From positions 1-64,000 of the forward strand of contig MQRK01227526.1 of NCBI GenBank assembly GCA_001938485.1: DNA of 64,000 bases, written 5' to 3'. Within the stretch, counting starts at the first letter, position 1. Every line of letters begins with the position of its first letter. A program made the translations under genes and the position numbers. The notes under the pieces are model-generated. The model worked only from the letters and a program-made list of their open reading frames with translations. It was not told the DNA's origin and did not search any database. This DNA is from Girardia tigrina (lineage: Eukaryota). This document shows, piece after piece, positions 50,061 through 63,667 of the stretch.

Positions 50061-52399
50061 GCTAAAAATAAAAATGCGTAAATATAATCTTGCATTCATA
50101 TTTTTGTAAATAAAAGTATTTTTATACATTGACAATTGTTTTTTCTGCAGGGAAAGAGTTAACTATGACTTTATGAAACACTCAAACTGGTGTCTAAATA
50201 AAAATTAAAAATTTGCACCAAAATAGATACCAAAATACTTGTTGACCTGAGTTATTTATTAATAAAGTAAAATGAAATATGTGATTATAATTATTTATTC
50301 GAAAAAATTGATATTAAAACTATGCAAACAAAAAAGAGAGACAGAGAAAAATGTTTCATTTCTAACACTAAAGAGCTTTAGTGAAGAAAAATACAAAAAG
50401 TGTATGATGAAATTCAGAGTTTGGAATGTTTTTTCTAATGTTGAAATTGTAAATCGTGCTTTAAATATTTTTAGGGAACACTTGAGGAAAAATATACGCA
50501 TAAACATGTAAATAGAGAACAACATTCAGGTTATATTTGGGCAAATTATGTACACAAACACGGGTCCGACTGGAATCGAAAAAAAAGAAAATATTGAAGA
50601 GCACAAAAGAATCCTTAAGATTCGATATTTTTAAATGTTTATCGAAATATAAATAACAAAAACATAATGGCAGCACAATATATAATAGCGGGAAAACATA
50701 TCTTTTTGAGTATATTCTCACCTCTTCGGTACTGACACATTGCATTTAGGGATTTATTCTCTCATTTTGGGATTGTAATCAATGACCAGGAACCTTATAA
50801 TTCTCTTTAAGTAAACAAAATAATTAGCGTATTAGTATTTCATCTAAAAAACGCAAAGGATAAAGTGATATTCAACTATTCCTTTCCTCATTACACGTAA
50901 CCTATTTCTGAAGCAAAGGCTTTACAAATTGCAAAAGTTAGGGATCATGATTGATCATTGTTAAAAAGTAAGGCAAAGAGTGGCTTTGCATTGAACGATC
51001 CAAATTCTGAACTGAGAATCGTAATTCTAGTATATATTTTATGCTTTCTACCTGATTCAGAGTGTAGTATTCGATACCCTTTACGTCAACGCTGTTTAAA
51101 TTGTTACCTGTACGATTGTAGGAGAATGATGGGTAGCAAAAATATTATTTACAGTTCGGAAATATAATATCTCAATCTATCGTACGAAATGTTTTTTAGT
51201 CATTCGTGAACATATAGTAAAACTGTCGAACTAAAATACGGTAATATCATTTACTAAGTATTCTTTAATTGTTGTTCTCATATCCTTCATAGGCACATTC
51301 AAATACTATTTTACTTCCTTGAAGAAAGAGAGGTTTTAATAACTAAATATTGCTTAGTTAACTTTCCTTATTATTACATCTTATACTTATCTTTGATTCT
51401 TTATATACAAAAGAGCTTCGAAGTTTAATATTAACAGATTTACTCTAATTGCATTTTCTTATACTTCTTTTTCCTTTTAAGCTTCATTATAATATTTAAT
51501 TTGTGTTAATTATTTTCTGAAAAAATGTCAACAAATAATTTATAGTTGATCTTAACAAATACAAGCAATCCAATCTTGTTCTTGTGAGACTTATTGGTTA
51601 TACCACGAATATTTGACCACATATTGTTGTTTCCGAGTCATAATATTTGTGACTTGAGTCACTTAAAATAGTTTATGAAGATGTTTCTGAGACATAATGC
51701 GTAGCGAGAAACGATTCCGGAGGAAGCGAAGGAACTGCCAACTCCATAACAATGTTGTCCACGACCGTCTATGTTAGACTAATGAATATAACTTGGAAAT
51801 AAACGTTTCTTAATTGTTCATAATTACTTATATTTGATATGATTATTTGTTAATGAAGGAATTTTGATATTATATTTTTAATGTTAAAATTGGATTTTAA
51901 GAATTGTCGTTGCTTCGGTAGAGTTATTTTTCATTATTATTTATTATAAAATATTATATTAATATTTATAAAACAGATAAGTTAGTAAAAATGAGAATAA
52001 ATAACTCAAAAATATTTTGTATAATAATTAGGGCATAATCGTTGGACCAAGTTTATTTTTCCTGGTTGTCGTCGCGGGATTTTATTTCCTCAGCAAGAAA
52101 AAATTGCAATCCAGTATTAAAAAGTTATTTATTAAATGTTATAACCTGTTTGACTTCAAAGTATTAATTTTTAGATTGAAATCAAAAAAAAGTTGCCAAA
52201 AAAATTACGAAGTCGTGAAAAACATATACGAAATTTCCCCTCCTCTTCGGGATAGTTGTGAATATTCATTCATTCCAGGCTGAAACAAGGACTAATAAAA
52301 ACAGAAATTAAAATAATGTCATTTTATCAGAGTGATTATCATTTATTAAAAATATTTTCTAATTATATTATTAATAAATTTATTTATCGTCATTTTCAT

Positions 52400-53800
52400 T
52401 GGCTTGCCTGACAACCTAAGTGAGTTGGTTTGGACGATAATGGAAAGAGAAATTGGATGTATTTTCCTCTTTCATTAACTTTATTGAATAATTAGGTATA
52501 ACTAGATGAGAAATATTTATTAGTAGTACAATAGACACCAGATTGTCACGAATATAATTAATTGTCAAATCATTCGACGACAATAGGTATCTTTTTGGCA
52601 AAGTTCAAATGAGTGTTGCCGAAATTGTCAAATTTGATTTTATTGTACTACTGACTTCCTTGTTTAATCTGTTAATAAACATTCGTCGAGTGATCTTCCA
52701 ATGCAAGTGCCGTATTACGTGCCGGTAGTATGATGGAAATTCATTGGCGAGACTGCTCAGTTAAACGAATTTCAAGTTCCGGCTAATACAAAAAACCCAA
52801 TAAATGATTAGTGATCCGGTTGGATGCGACACAGAAAACCAATGTGGAAATCAGCTTGTTGAGTTTCTCTATGTGACATATCAGCGGACTGTGACTTGTC
52901 CATATTTCTTAGGCATTGAATAGGAACAATAGAATTACATTATTTCGACATATGATGTGTTTGACAATTATCAATTAATTCTTTGAATTCTTTTTCATAG
53001 TTGTACAATGAAGAACTATATTTGAAGTTGCATATTGAATAATCGTACGTTCGAATCTTTGGATTTAAAAAGGTTAATGGATATATTATTGGGATTTCTG
53101 CGATAGCGTGCATCTATAAATTATACCAGGCTTGAATTCGCTGCACTTTAATCAGCATTATCGAAACTCCCAACATCGAAATGGCAAATACCACGACACC
53201 GTTCAAAAATCCGATTAACTCTCAATTTGATGGTTGTTGTCCTATGAGATGTCGGTATTTGATGGAGAATATCATTCCCATTGTCGCGTGTGTCTCGATT
53301 GATATCACGAATGTTGTAAAACATAAATTTAAGATATCAAAAGCGATAAATTTGATGTAATCTGCATGTTATGACTGAATTTGCAAAGAATGTACGAATA
53401 AATCCAAACATCTGATTATTTAATTCATATTATCGAACAGATCGATAATGATTATATATATAGTATCAAAGCTACTACAGATGACATAACTACTTGTCCA
53501 GATATTTCGATTGCAAGAACATTGCGGTGATCGTTTTCTACTTTAGGCCTAAAAACTTGATGGCTAAAACTAAAAGTGCGATTCCCATTGAAATATTTAT
53601 ATTACAGATTAATGAAGTAAAGTTCTGGTTTAAAGTACACCGGCTTTAAATACAATTTTTTCTTGTCAAGTCGGATACTGATTGAACGCATCACGTATAT
53701 GAGCAGAGATATAAGTCCCATTGTTTCGTCATTGCCTGACTATTACGATTATATTATTTCCGGAAATTTAGAACATTGTTATGTAGTATATTATGAGTAG
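52400..53800 (-). mobile_element. Highly degenerate LINE remnant
   Basis: Scattered RT-like motifs (YRPNQL near 52420); many stops. Confidence 0.35.
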
Positions 53801-55017
53801 TATCTTTTTAAGTGTTTTATAGAGGTATGTCTGAAATTTTAATATTATTTTAAAATATTTTAATAATTAAGATTTTATAGAAATATAATTTTATGATATG
53901 GCTTTATTTAATGTTTATTTGGCTATTTTTAACAATAATTAAAAGTTTTTAATTATTATATCAAGCAAAAAAACAATTTATTTTAAAATAGGATCTTATG
54001 GAATATTTTGGTGAAAACAATAAATATGAAAGTAATAAATTACATGGTAATAATCTTGGTTTTGTAAAGATAATCTAGAGACATTGCGGGAATTTTAGGT
54101 TAAATAAGAAATGTTTTCTTAGAAGTACAAATATATATTTTTATGATTTGAGGAATAGCAGAAGAAATAGAAATTCCAGTGAACGCAGCTTTAGTGTGGA
54201 AGCACTGAAAGGGTTTTGGGGTAGGAGTTCATAGAAAAACGAAGATTATCAATGTAACATAATCTTACAGAAAGGGGAAGTTTATGGCATTAATGTAAAA
54301 CATCTTCACTACCTTCGGTTTGACTTTCGATTCATAGAAATATACATTGATGATTCTGATGGTTTGGAAAAGAGAATCATAATTTTTAACAGCATTGGAC
54401 CTAGATAATTTGTGATTTCAAACACCAATCTATTCATTTCTTCAAATTGAAAGAGAAATTCAGAGAAAGCCACTTTAACGTGTATTGATTGATGTCACAG
54501 TTTACTCCTGTTCTTGAGTATTGTTGACTGAATAATAATCGAATGAAGCACTAGACAAACAGTGTCATGAAGCGGTCGATATTGGCAATGAATCCATGAT
54601 TGATCTTGTACTGTATTAATAATCGGGTTGAAGAAAGAAATTACACTGTCGTAATTTCTGATTATCTAAATAGTCTCTCTAGTCGACGTTCACTTCTGCA
54701 ACTTAATCAACAATCAAGTTTCGGAAACATTTTATCAGTGTATCATTTTTATTATTTAAATGCATCGATTTAATTTTTTTGTTGATTTGTTAAAAAACTA
54801 TGTTCAGAAATTTTCATTTGTCAACACAACTAACACTAAGAAAATACATTAATTTAATCAATTTAAAAATTGGTTAAAAGTTATTTACTTTATTTAAAGT
54901 TTTGATATTAATATTTGAAACGATTTAATATTTTATGTTTTTTTAATATATTTTGCTTTGATTTAAAATGCAAATTATGCTCGAATAACTATTCATCTCG
55001 AACATCCAAATTATCAC

Positions 55018-55091
55018 TTTTCCATCCGGGTGGGAGAAACATATTTCCAAATACTAAATTCAACATACCAAATTTAAAATATTCCTCACAG
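55018..55091 (-). repeat. Second copy of the TGTGAGG LTR-like repeat
   Basis: Matches 48192-48296. Confidence 0.55.
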
Positions 55092-55635
55092 GAAGAATAA
55101 AGGAAAAACATGTTACTACAAACTATACATAGAATAAAAAAGTATCACAACCACACTAAATTTTGTTTCCGTGAAACAATCAGTAATAAAACATTTGATG
55201 ATGAAAGACAAATAACGAAATTATATAAGATAAGCTAAGTATAATAAACCTTTCCACAAAATTCTGAATAGAAACTTATGAACTTTTAATCGACATTCTT
55301 CTGCTAAATACAAAAAAGACAAGAACAATTTCAGATTTTTTCTTCCTCTCATAAAACCTGTCTAGGACGAAGGGGTAGATATTCTTGGAGGGATATTTCC
55401 TGTCTGAATGGTCTTATACGTTCACATCATTAAAATTTATGTGGTAGATTCTTTGGACCATCGGTAATATTCTAAATGTATGGTACAATTTGACCTTAGA
55501 TACTCGAGAAAAGACGACCCAAGTCACACATATGAAGGAAAGGTGAAATTAGATATTGGAAGTTAGAAAAGTTATATTTATTAAATATTTTATTATTTTT
55601 TATATTATTACTTGAGATAATAAATATTCATAAAG

Positions 55636-56331
55636 TGAAGATATCCTTGATTTTTAGGACGTTTGATACGCGTGTATTTTATTTTGTTTCTTTCTTATTA
55701 ATTACATCCTTAGACATAATATTTTGTTTAAATGGTGCAGTTGAAGTCAACGATCAGTGAGATTCAGCATATAATGTCGAATAAGGTCTGTTTCACATAA
55801 TATAAACAAAATAAATATTCTATACATAATCAAATCAGCTGACGTTCTTTCGAATGTCCAAAATTGGTTATTTATATAATATTAATTATTTAATTATTAA
55901 TGTATTAATCAAAATTAAGGTGCAAATCCAGTGGAGTTGAGACCATATTTGATCGGGCTCAACGGTTGAGTTGTGCTCCACTGGTCTTTTACGAATATAT
56001 AAAAATAATTCATCTGTCTTTATCGATTCTCTAGTTGTAATTTCCTCTCGTTCTCAAGAACTTGTGCTCAATTCATCCGATATTTTGACCAACTTCCAAA
56101 GACCTTCCTGGTTTGTCATCATCAAGATGACCAAGATGTTGAGCAAGAGCTACTAATAATTATTGAAAATAATTAATAAAATTGAAATCATTCATCACAA
56201 AAATCAATGTTTATTTATTTAGGAGATTAAAATGTTTTTGTGAACCTGATAAAGAGGAGACCCTTATTCAATTAAGGATTCCTATTTCCCAAAATATGCT
56301 CAAAAATAATAAATACGTTCAATTCTTTAAA
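55636..56331 (+). CDS. Spliced host gene segment, possibly LamG-like; exons 55636-55673, 55741-55785, 55839-55866, 55920-55964, 56035-56110, 56223-56331
   Basis: GT-AG introns with consistent phases give the open frame VKISLIFRTFDTRLKSTISEIQH...WRLKCFCEPDKEETLIQLR...FFK. Confidence 0.55.
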
Positions 56332-56959
56332 GTTTATACATAGTAAAACACTCGTCAAACGGGAACAGATCGTTTCTCCTCCGAAAAAAAACACTTTTAT
56401 ATAATTAAATACCTCATAATAAAATGATTAAAAAACTTAAATTATATTATTTTGCAATTGAATATTAATTTTTTGTCACTGTTTTAATATTTGTAATTCT
56501 AAATTCATATTTTTTTCATTTTGTATAAAGATTTTGTCATTGAATATAACAATCGTAGGAGAAATGATCGGAGGAGAAACGACCGGAGGGGAACTGATAT
56601 GTACCCAGTCAAATATGGTAGCTTTTTTGTTTCTAATAAAATAATTCAGTTCCAATAATATATGCAAAATGAATTGGATACCGGAGAATATTGAGAACCA
56701 CAAAATAAACTTTCAGGCTTCATTATTTTACATGTTTGATCTTTGATGTGAGATGAGACAGATTATATGAAACATATTTTGTGTGAGTAGTTACATTAGT
56801 ACTGATTTATATTTAATTTAAAAGAGAAACTGGCCCAACTTTAGAAATGTGACTACTTGCAGAAGCATAAGAATCATTTTTTAAAGACTTTTCTTAACCG
56901 AATTATTTTACAGAGACAAAGAGAAAACAAAATAGAAAATAAAGAAAATATTTAATAGC

Positions 56960-57069
56960 GTCGAATAATTAGATGGTGTGCAAAAACTAAAATGATATTC
57001 GTAATCAGCATACTCAAATTGTGTAAGGAACATAGAAATTGTTTTGCGGGAAGAAATTGTTACACAGTG
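56960..57069 (+). mobile_element. Chapaev3-like 3' terminus
   Basis: ATTCGTAATCAGC...TTGTTACACAGTG end. Confidence 0.45.
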
Positions 57070-57079
57070 TTATTAAGAG

Positions 57080-57570
57080 CCTTTACGAAAACGCAAAGAG
57101 AAAAGTGTTGGCAAGTGAATAATTTAGCGCCTAGTTTAAATCATCAGTAGGAGTAAGACAAGGTTGCATTCTTTCACGAACACTGTTCCACCTTTTCCTT
57201 GGGAGAATTTTTATCGATGCAATAGACGATCTGGATGAAGTTGGAATAAGCTGCGGAGGAACATGAATAACCAACCTACGATTTGCTGACTACATAGATC
57301 TAATCGGCAAAGATGACGCAGAGATTCAGGAACTTACGAATAGATTACACAAAGCGTCAAACAAATTTAGAATGGAAATCAACTGACAAAAACGTTTCAG
57401 GAAACCATAACAACCAGGTTAAACTGGAGATTTACATTGAAGGGAGAAGCTGGAACAAGTTAAGAGTTTCAAATACTTAGACTCTTCTATCACAGAGAAT
57501 GGGGGAAGCGAAGAAGAAATCAGAAGCCGGATTGGTATTGCAACAACCTCAATAATTAAGCTTAGCACAG
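57080..57570 (+). mobile_element. RTE LINE RT fragment
   Basis: GVRQGCILS, NLRFADYIDL, FKYLDS, EEIRSRIG. Confidence 0.8.
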
Positions 57571-57574
57571 TTTT

Positions 57575-59760
57575 TAACCTCAAAGAAAAATATCCACTAC
57601 CATGAATAGTAGAAATGTTGGATAAAATCGCAAGTAAATCATTTTTTTCAACTTTAGATCTGAAGAAAGCGTTCCATCAAATTCCGATACACCCGGATGA
57701 TGTGCAGAAGACAGCGGTTACTACTCCGTTCGGATTATTTGAATATCAGATTATGCCATTCGGATTTCGCAATGCCGCCTAGATGTTCTAACGCCACATG
57801 GATTCTCTGCTGCAAGGCTCTGAATCATTTTCCGCATCATTCATCGACGATATAATAATTTTTTCAGATTCAGGAGAAGAACACGAACGACATCTATCAA
57901 CAATTCTCCAAATCTTGGACAAGAATTCCTTGAAGGTCAACAACGAAAAATGCGTCCTGCGTTCAACTGAGGTACAGTATTTAGGGTTCCTTATATCGAA
58001 CACTGGCGTGGAACCTTGTCAAAAGAGAATCAATGAAGTTGTCAACATAAGAGAATCCGATAACACGAAAACACTCAGGCGATTTATCGGAGCGACCACA
58101 TTCTATTAATGGATGGTACCAAACTTTTCACAAACATTTACCCCGTTACATGATCTCCTGGTCGCAGCTAAAGTCAACAGAAGAATCCGACTCAACGAGA
58201 CCCAAAAACAAGCATTTGTTGCAATTAAACAGAAGCTAAAAGATATATTCAAGATGCATCCATTCAATCAATATAAAGAACTTATTTTATTCACAGATGC
58301 TTCAGAAACAGCAGTTGGAGACAGCCTGAACCACGAAATCAACCAAAAATTAGCTCCGATTGCATTCTTTTCCAGAAAATTAGGGCAGGCCGAGAAGAAA
58401 TACTCGACATTTGATCGCGAGCTACTCGCAATATATCTAGCAGCAAGGAAATTCAAACACTATCTTGAAGGGTCTTGGGTTCGAATACAAACTGACCACA
58501 AGCCATTACTGGGCATTCAAACAATGAAAGAACCGTCCAACCAACAATGGCGGTACATTGAGCTCTTGAACCAGTTTTCTTTTAGATTGGAGTACGTTAA
58601 AGGAGCCGAAAATGGGGTTACAGATTTCTTTTCGAGGGCTGATGATAGCATTACAAACGAAGCAGCAGTGATGACGATAACCGAAGCTGATATTATCAAT
58701 GAACAGAAAAAAAGAGAAAGAAGAAATACTCAGCAACAACAGCTTCAAAACAAAAACGATAAGAGATATTCTTTTCGATCGCAGTAGTCTCGCAGGCGTA
58801 AATAAAACCATAGATCTTATTCGTTCTAGATATGCATGGCCGCGAATGAAGGCCGAAATATGAAAATTGGTGCTAAAATGTCATTCATGTCAAGCAAAGA
58901 AAATATTGAGACATACTAAATCCAAAATTTGCTCAATTCCGGATAGGGGCCGGTTCAAAATTCTGCATATGGATATTGTTGGTCCACTACCATCTTCAAA
59001 TGGTAAAAAATCTATGATAACTTTTATAGACAGGCAAACTTCATGACCAGAAGTCGTATCCGTTCATGATATAACCACGACATCAATCATCAAAGCCCTA
59101 ATAAACACGTGGATCAGTCGTTTTGGTCCCCCGGACCAAGGAAGGCAGTTAATATCAACTCAATTCAATGACTTGTGCAAAAAGTTGAGTATAGAGCACC
59201 GACATACAAAGGCATACCACCCGGAATATAACGTAAAAATCGAAAGATTCCATCGCTCGTTAAAAAACGCTCTCAGGACACATTCCCACAATGCAGAACA
59301 AACATGGGTCCGTAATCTACCAATAGTAATGATGGCACTGACAAATGCCCACAATAACTGGATCCAAAGCTTACCCAGCTCAACTTCTATATGGAACCTC
59401 CACTAGCTTACCGGGAGATTTGATTTTAGATGAAGACAGAAACACACAATACACTGGGGGAGACGTCAAAGCGGCCGTTACAGCTCATGAAGCTCAACTG
59501 ATTCTCAAGCAAACTACCCGACGAATCTTTGTAACAAAAGCTCTGGAAGATTGTGAACAAGTATGCGTACGTAATGAAAACCCATCCTCCCTCAAACCAA
59601 GATACGATGGACCATATCAAGTTATAAGCCGTTCCAGTGACATGAAAACCCTACTCATCAACATCGATAATGAGCAGAAAAGGGTCACTATTGACCGAGT
59701 AAAACCAACTTTCACTCCGAAAGATGCCATATAATTCCCAGGGGCTTATGTAAAGTAATC
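57575..59760 (+). mobile_element. Gypsy pol (RT, RNase H, integrase) pseudogene with PPT and 3' LTR start
   Basis: [65 protein letters not shown]; GGGG tract then TGTAA at ~59750. Confidence 0.92.
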
Positions 59761-59895
59761 ACTTTACTTTATAAATTTTTATTAAAATATTAATTATTTT
59801 AATAATAAATCAATTTGTTTAAATCGATGATTGTTGTTGAAAATAAAACTTTTAAAAACCGATTTCTAGTTTTCGTTAAATGGATAATCGTAACA

Positions 59896-59956
59896 ACTAT
59901 AATATAATTACAAAATTGGGCGCCGGTAAGGATCAAAGGCAATCACAACGCGAACA
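59896..59956 (-). mobile_element. Unclassified element terminus, copy D
   Basis: 61-nt match to 235-295; 44-nt core matches 23265-23308. Confidence 0.65.
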
Positions 59957-60329
59957 ACTAGTGTTCACACAAGTTTACTACAATTTATAAATAATGCCTT
60001 CATAAGTTTTCAAATTATGAAACAGTCGTCATATGTGATGTAACTATACCATTAACACTCAATCAAGACTTCTAAATGCGTACTTTTATATAAAAGAATT
60101 ATCCCCAGAACATCAAACATGTTATTCCTTTTGGATTAAACGTAAAGGTTTAAATTAATTTTGTTGTAAATATTTCATTTTATCTGCTTTTGCATCGTTT
60201 TGAACATTTTTTTCATTGTATAATAATATTTCAATTTAAAATTTATCTTCTAATTTATTATAAATTAAAGAAGTTTTATTGATACAAATATTTTTTTAAT
60301 AGTAAAATGTTTACCTTGCTCACAATCCT

Positions 60330-61615
60330 GATATCCCTAATCAAGAAAAGTCTAAGTGTTTTCATGATTGAAACATCTCGCTGAGGACTCACACGAGTTT
60401 TTTGATCTCCATCGAACAGTGTTCATTAGAATTAAGATCTGGAGAGTTCACTGGCCACAGAACAAGAATAGTGATACCCTCTTGATGAAACCATTGGTCT
60501 ACATGCTTTGTAGAGTCGCTAGCGCGTCATCTTGGTGAAGAATTGTGCATTTATAATGTGGCATTGCTGTCTGATGGTTTTTCTGCAGCATAGTTCAGCC
60601 GGTGATAAATGTCATGGTGGTTTTAGGGGCATAACCTTTAACGGCCCAGTTCTTTGATTTGATATTGCTCCACAGACCATCACTGAAGATGTAATTTTGA
60701 CAACGGGTATCATGTAGCGTTTAAAATAGCCTTGTCAATATGGTCGTCGCGCACATAGAAAGAATGACATTGGAACTGCTGCACTATTGTTTCATTGCTA
60801 AACATGACCCGTAACCAGTCATTGAGAATCTAGTGAAGATGTCGTTAAAAATTAAAGGCGATCAGTAACGTTCCTGCAAGATAGTGTTGGCAGTCGTGCT
60901 GAGTGATGGGCATGTTGCTGGAAATCATCTGTTGGATTTGCAACGGTACAGAGATTGGTGGAACAATCTGTTTGAGCTGATGTGCATTGAGGCCTTATTA
61001 ATCGTGGTTGAGTCTCGAACTAAGTTGTTACGATATGTTGAGTAAAGTATTGATGCACTGCTGTCTTGCTTACTCCGAGTCTAGCTCCTATTCACGCTGT
61101 GACAGACCTTCTCTCTGTAACGCTACAAGTTGAGTCACAGTAGTAGGTTATATTTGCTTTGTGCGACCCATTTGATTTCAAATTGAATGATTAATGTAAA
61201 CGCGATTACTTAAATAAGCTATAGATGTACTGGAAACGCACAAATGTACGTATTAAACGCTAACATGCGGTTATTTTATTTGATTCTGAAATGAAACCTT
61301 ACCAGATGGTTTGTGTGTGTGTGTGTACATACGTGGCTTCTAGTGCCAAATTAGCAATTGTTTCATGACTTCAACAGATTTCTGGAATCTATGAACGATC
61401 TAAAAGCTAAAGTCAAAGTAGTTTGGACGGAACAGATTTCTAAAGAGTGATGTAAGTGTTTGGCGAATTCAATACCTGACGGCATCCTTGAGGTAATTGC
61501 TGTCAAGGGTTTTTCAACTCGCTATTGATTCAGAGTGATCCGTACAAACACTTGCTAACCATGTCTAAATGTTTTGCTGATTTTTAAAGTGGTCTCAAAC
61601 TTTTGGCCATCACTA
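60330..61615. mobile_element. Degenerate Tc1-like remnants
   Basis: Tc1-like N-terminus on the minus strand near 61170; plus-strand C-terminus (SIPDGILEVIAVKGFSTRY) and a GTCTCAAACTTTTGGCC...CACTA TIR-like end. Confidence 0.55.
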
Positions 61616-63667
61616 TACTTACTTTCCTCTACCATTATCTATAGAATTAAAGTTTTTCCATGGGAGGGAGTAAATCAATCTTTATTACATAGTTTGAACA
61701 ATAATTCAGAGATATTATCATTAAATGTATGACACTTGAGTTATTAGTTGGGTATATTTATAAAAGAGAGAATACTTAAGACGTGGTCATGGATGTTCGC
61801 CATTGACAAAACAATTGTTAATCTTAATAAGGAGATTGTTAATTTCTTGAAACGTTTCGAAAGACCCTTAAGTAACTTTTTCGATACACTATGGATAGAA
61901 ACAATTTATAAAATATAAATTGATACAGTAATTTTATTTATTTTGTTTAATTTAATAACAAAAACTTTTTCTATTAAAATTAATTTAAAAAAATTAAAAA
62001 ATATTTAATTAAATATTAAAAACAAATAGCTTGAGAGATTTTGGTGTAGACCAATAAAACATTTTTTTATAATTATTAATTATTTGACATTCGATCATTC
62101 AAGCCAATATCCAAAAAAATATGTCACCAGATCCCTTCATTCGCATCAAAGTACATCATTAATACAAATAAATGATAGTAAAAACTAAAAAAAATAATTC
62201 AGACTTTAAAATGTCAAATTGTTCCGCAACGTCGACTTAGTTTCGTTTGGCACAGACTCTCGAGACCCCTTCATTTACTGAAGGACCTTTCCATATATGT
62301 GCAATAAATAATAACAATAATAATAATAATAATATAATTTTCATTGAATGAATAAAAACGTTTAAAAAAACAACTGGCTAGACTGATACACGAACGGATC
62401 AAAAGTGCTTGTTTTTCTTGGCCACTATTTTTGTCATTCATTAAAACGAAGGTCAATTTGTTTAGCAACATAATTGTCGAGACTAAAATATTGTTAATTA
62501 TATTATTCATTTTATATTCTTGCAATCATAAAAAAGGTCTCCTTATTAATCTTCTTCTCCAGTAAGACATCTGCCTTATATGTTTGAACTAAAAAGATAG
62601 AAAATGGGTTTTATATTTAACCTTCAAGAAAGTGGTGTTTTAGAGAAAGAATAATATTCTAAAAAAGATTTTAAAAATCATTCGACATTAATAAAAGTTT
62701 CGGGCAAAAAATATTCATTTGAAATAATTAATTTATTTTAATTTCTATGGGTCGTCCATTGCCATCATCCGACTAAATTAACATTATTTTCACAGTTTAG
62801 ATATTAAATTAATGATAATTGAATAATCAATGTCGTCAAACTCTATTTTAAACTTTTTTGTACAGAATTTGAGTAAGATGGTTTGAATAATAGTATTCGT
62901 TGAGTTTATTAACAAGGTCTCCCACAAGTGTCACTGTCTTCAATTAATTTTTACATCGATTAAACAGAATTTGAAAAAATGGAACTAATAAAATATACCT
63001 TGATTCAAATGGGTTAATATTGATAATAGTGATCCATCCGATTTCCAGGTTGCCCCTAAACCTGGACGGTGGTAGCAAAGTCTCAGTGGAGCTCGGAAAT
63101 TTCGCTATCGTACTAGACCCATTTGAAAACAATAATCAAGATCATTTCTTTTACAAATTCTAGTTTGAAATTAATTTAAAATGTCGCTCACAAAAGCAAA
63201 TAAAAAGGTTTATTTTGACAATGATAAAAAATATTCACTTTTTCAAATTCAAAAATTATTAGTTTGACAAATTGTTACGTTCGAAAAAATCAATCACCGA
63301 ATTTTAATTGTTTTATAAAGAAGTCAATTGCTAAATGTCAACCAGTTTTTCAAAATCATAAAATCTTAAAAAGAAACAACATATGTGGCCAAAACTCGCT
63401 CCAATTGGTTGTCCAATCAGAGATAGCCATATCAATCACAACCATTCGATTCTTTCCAAACCGGAGATATATCTCGGTACATACACAGTCAGGCAAGCAA
63501 TCTCGACTCTCTAGGAGTCATAATAATAATCACAATTCGATTGTTCATTCAAAAATGAACAAATCTTGATTATTATTTTTTTAAATTAATTATTTAATTT
63601 TAAATTTTAGTATTTAGTTTTTTAAATTTAATTATTTTCATATCTAATTAATAATTAGTAATTATTT

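Noticed and set aside
57080-57800. LINE RT fused to Gypsy RT as a chimeric retroelement
   Set aside because: Both parts carry stops and are truncated; nesting or deletion explains the junction.
59750-59930. TGTAA...TTACA as a complete short LTR followed by a PBS-like TGGGCGCC
   Set aside because: The TTACA and the following bases fall inside the 61-nt match to 235-295, so they belong to the unclassified element and not to the Gypsy LTR.
59957-59962. CTAG|T after copy D as a Helitron 3' end
   Set aside because: Not present next to the other three terminus copies.
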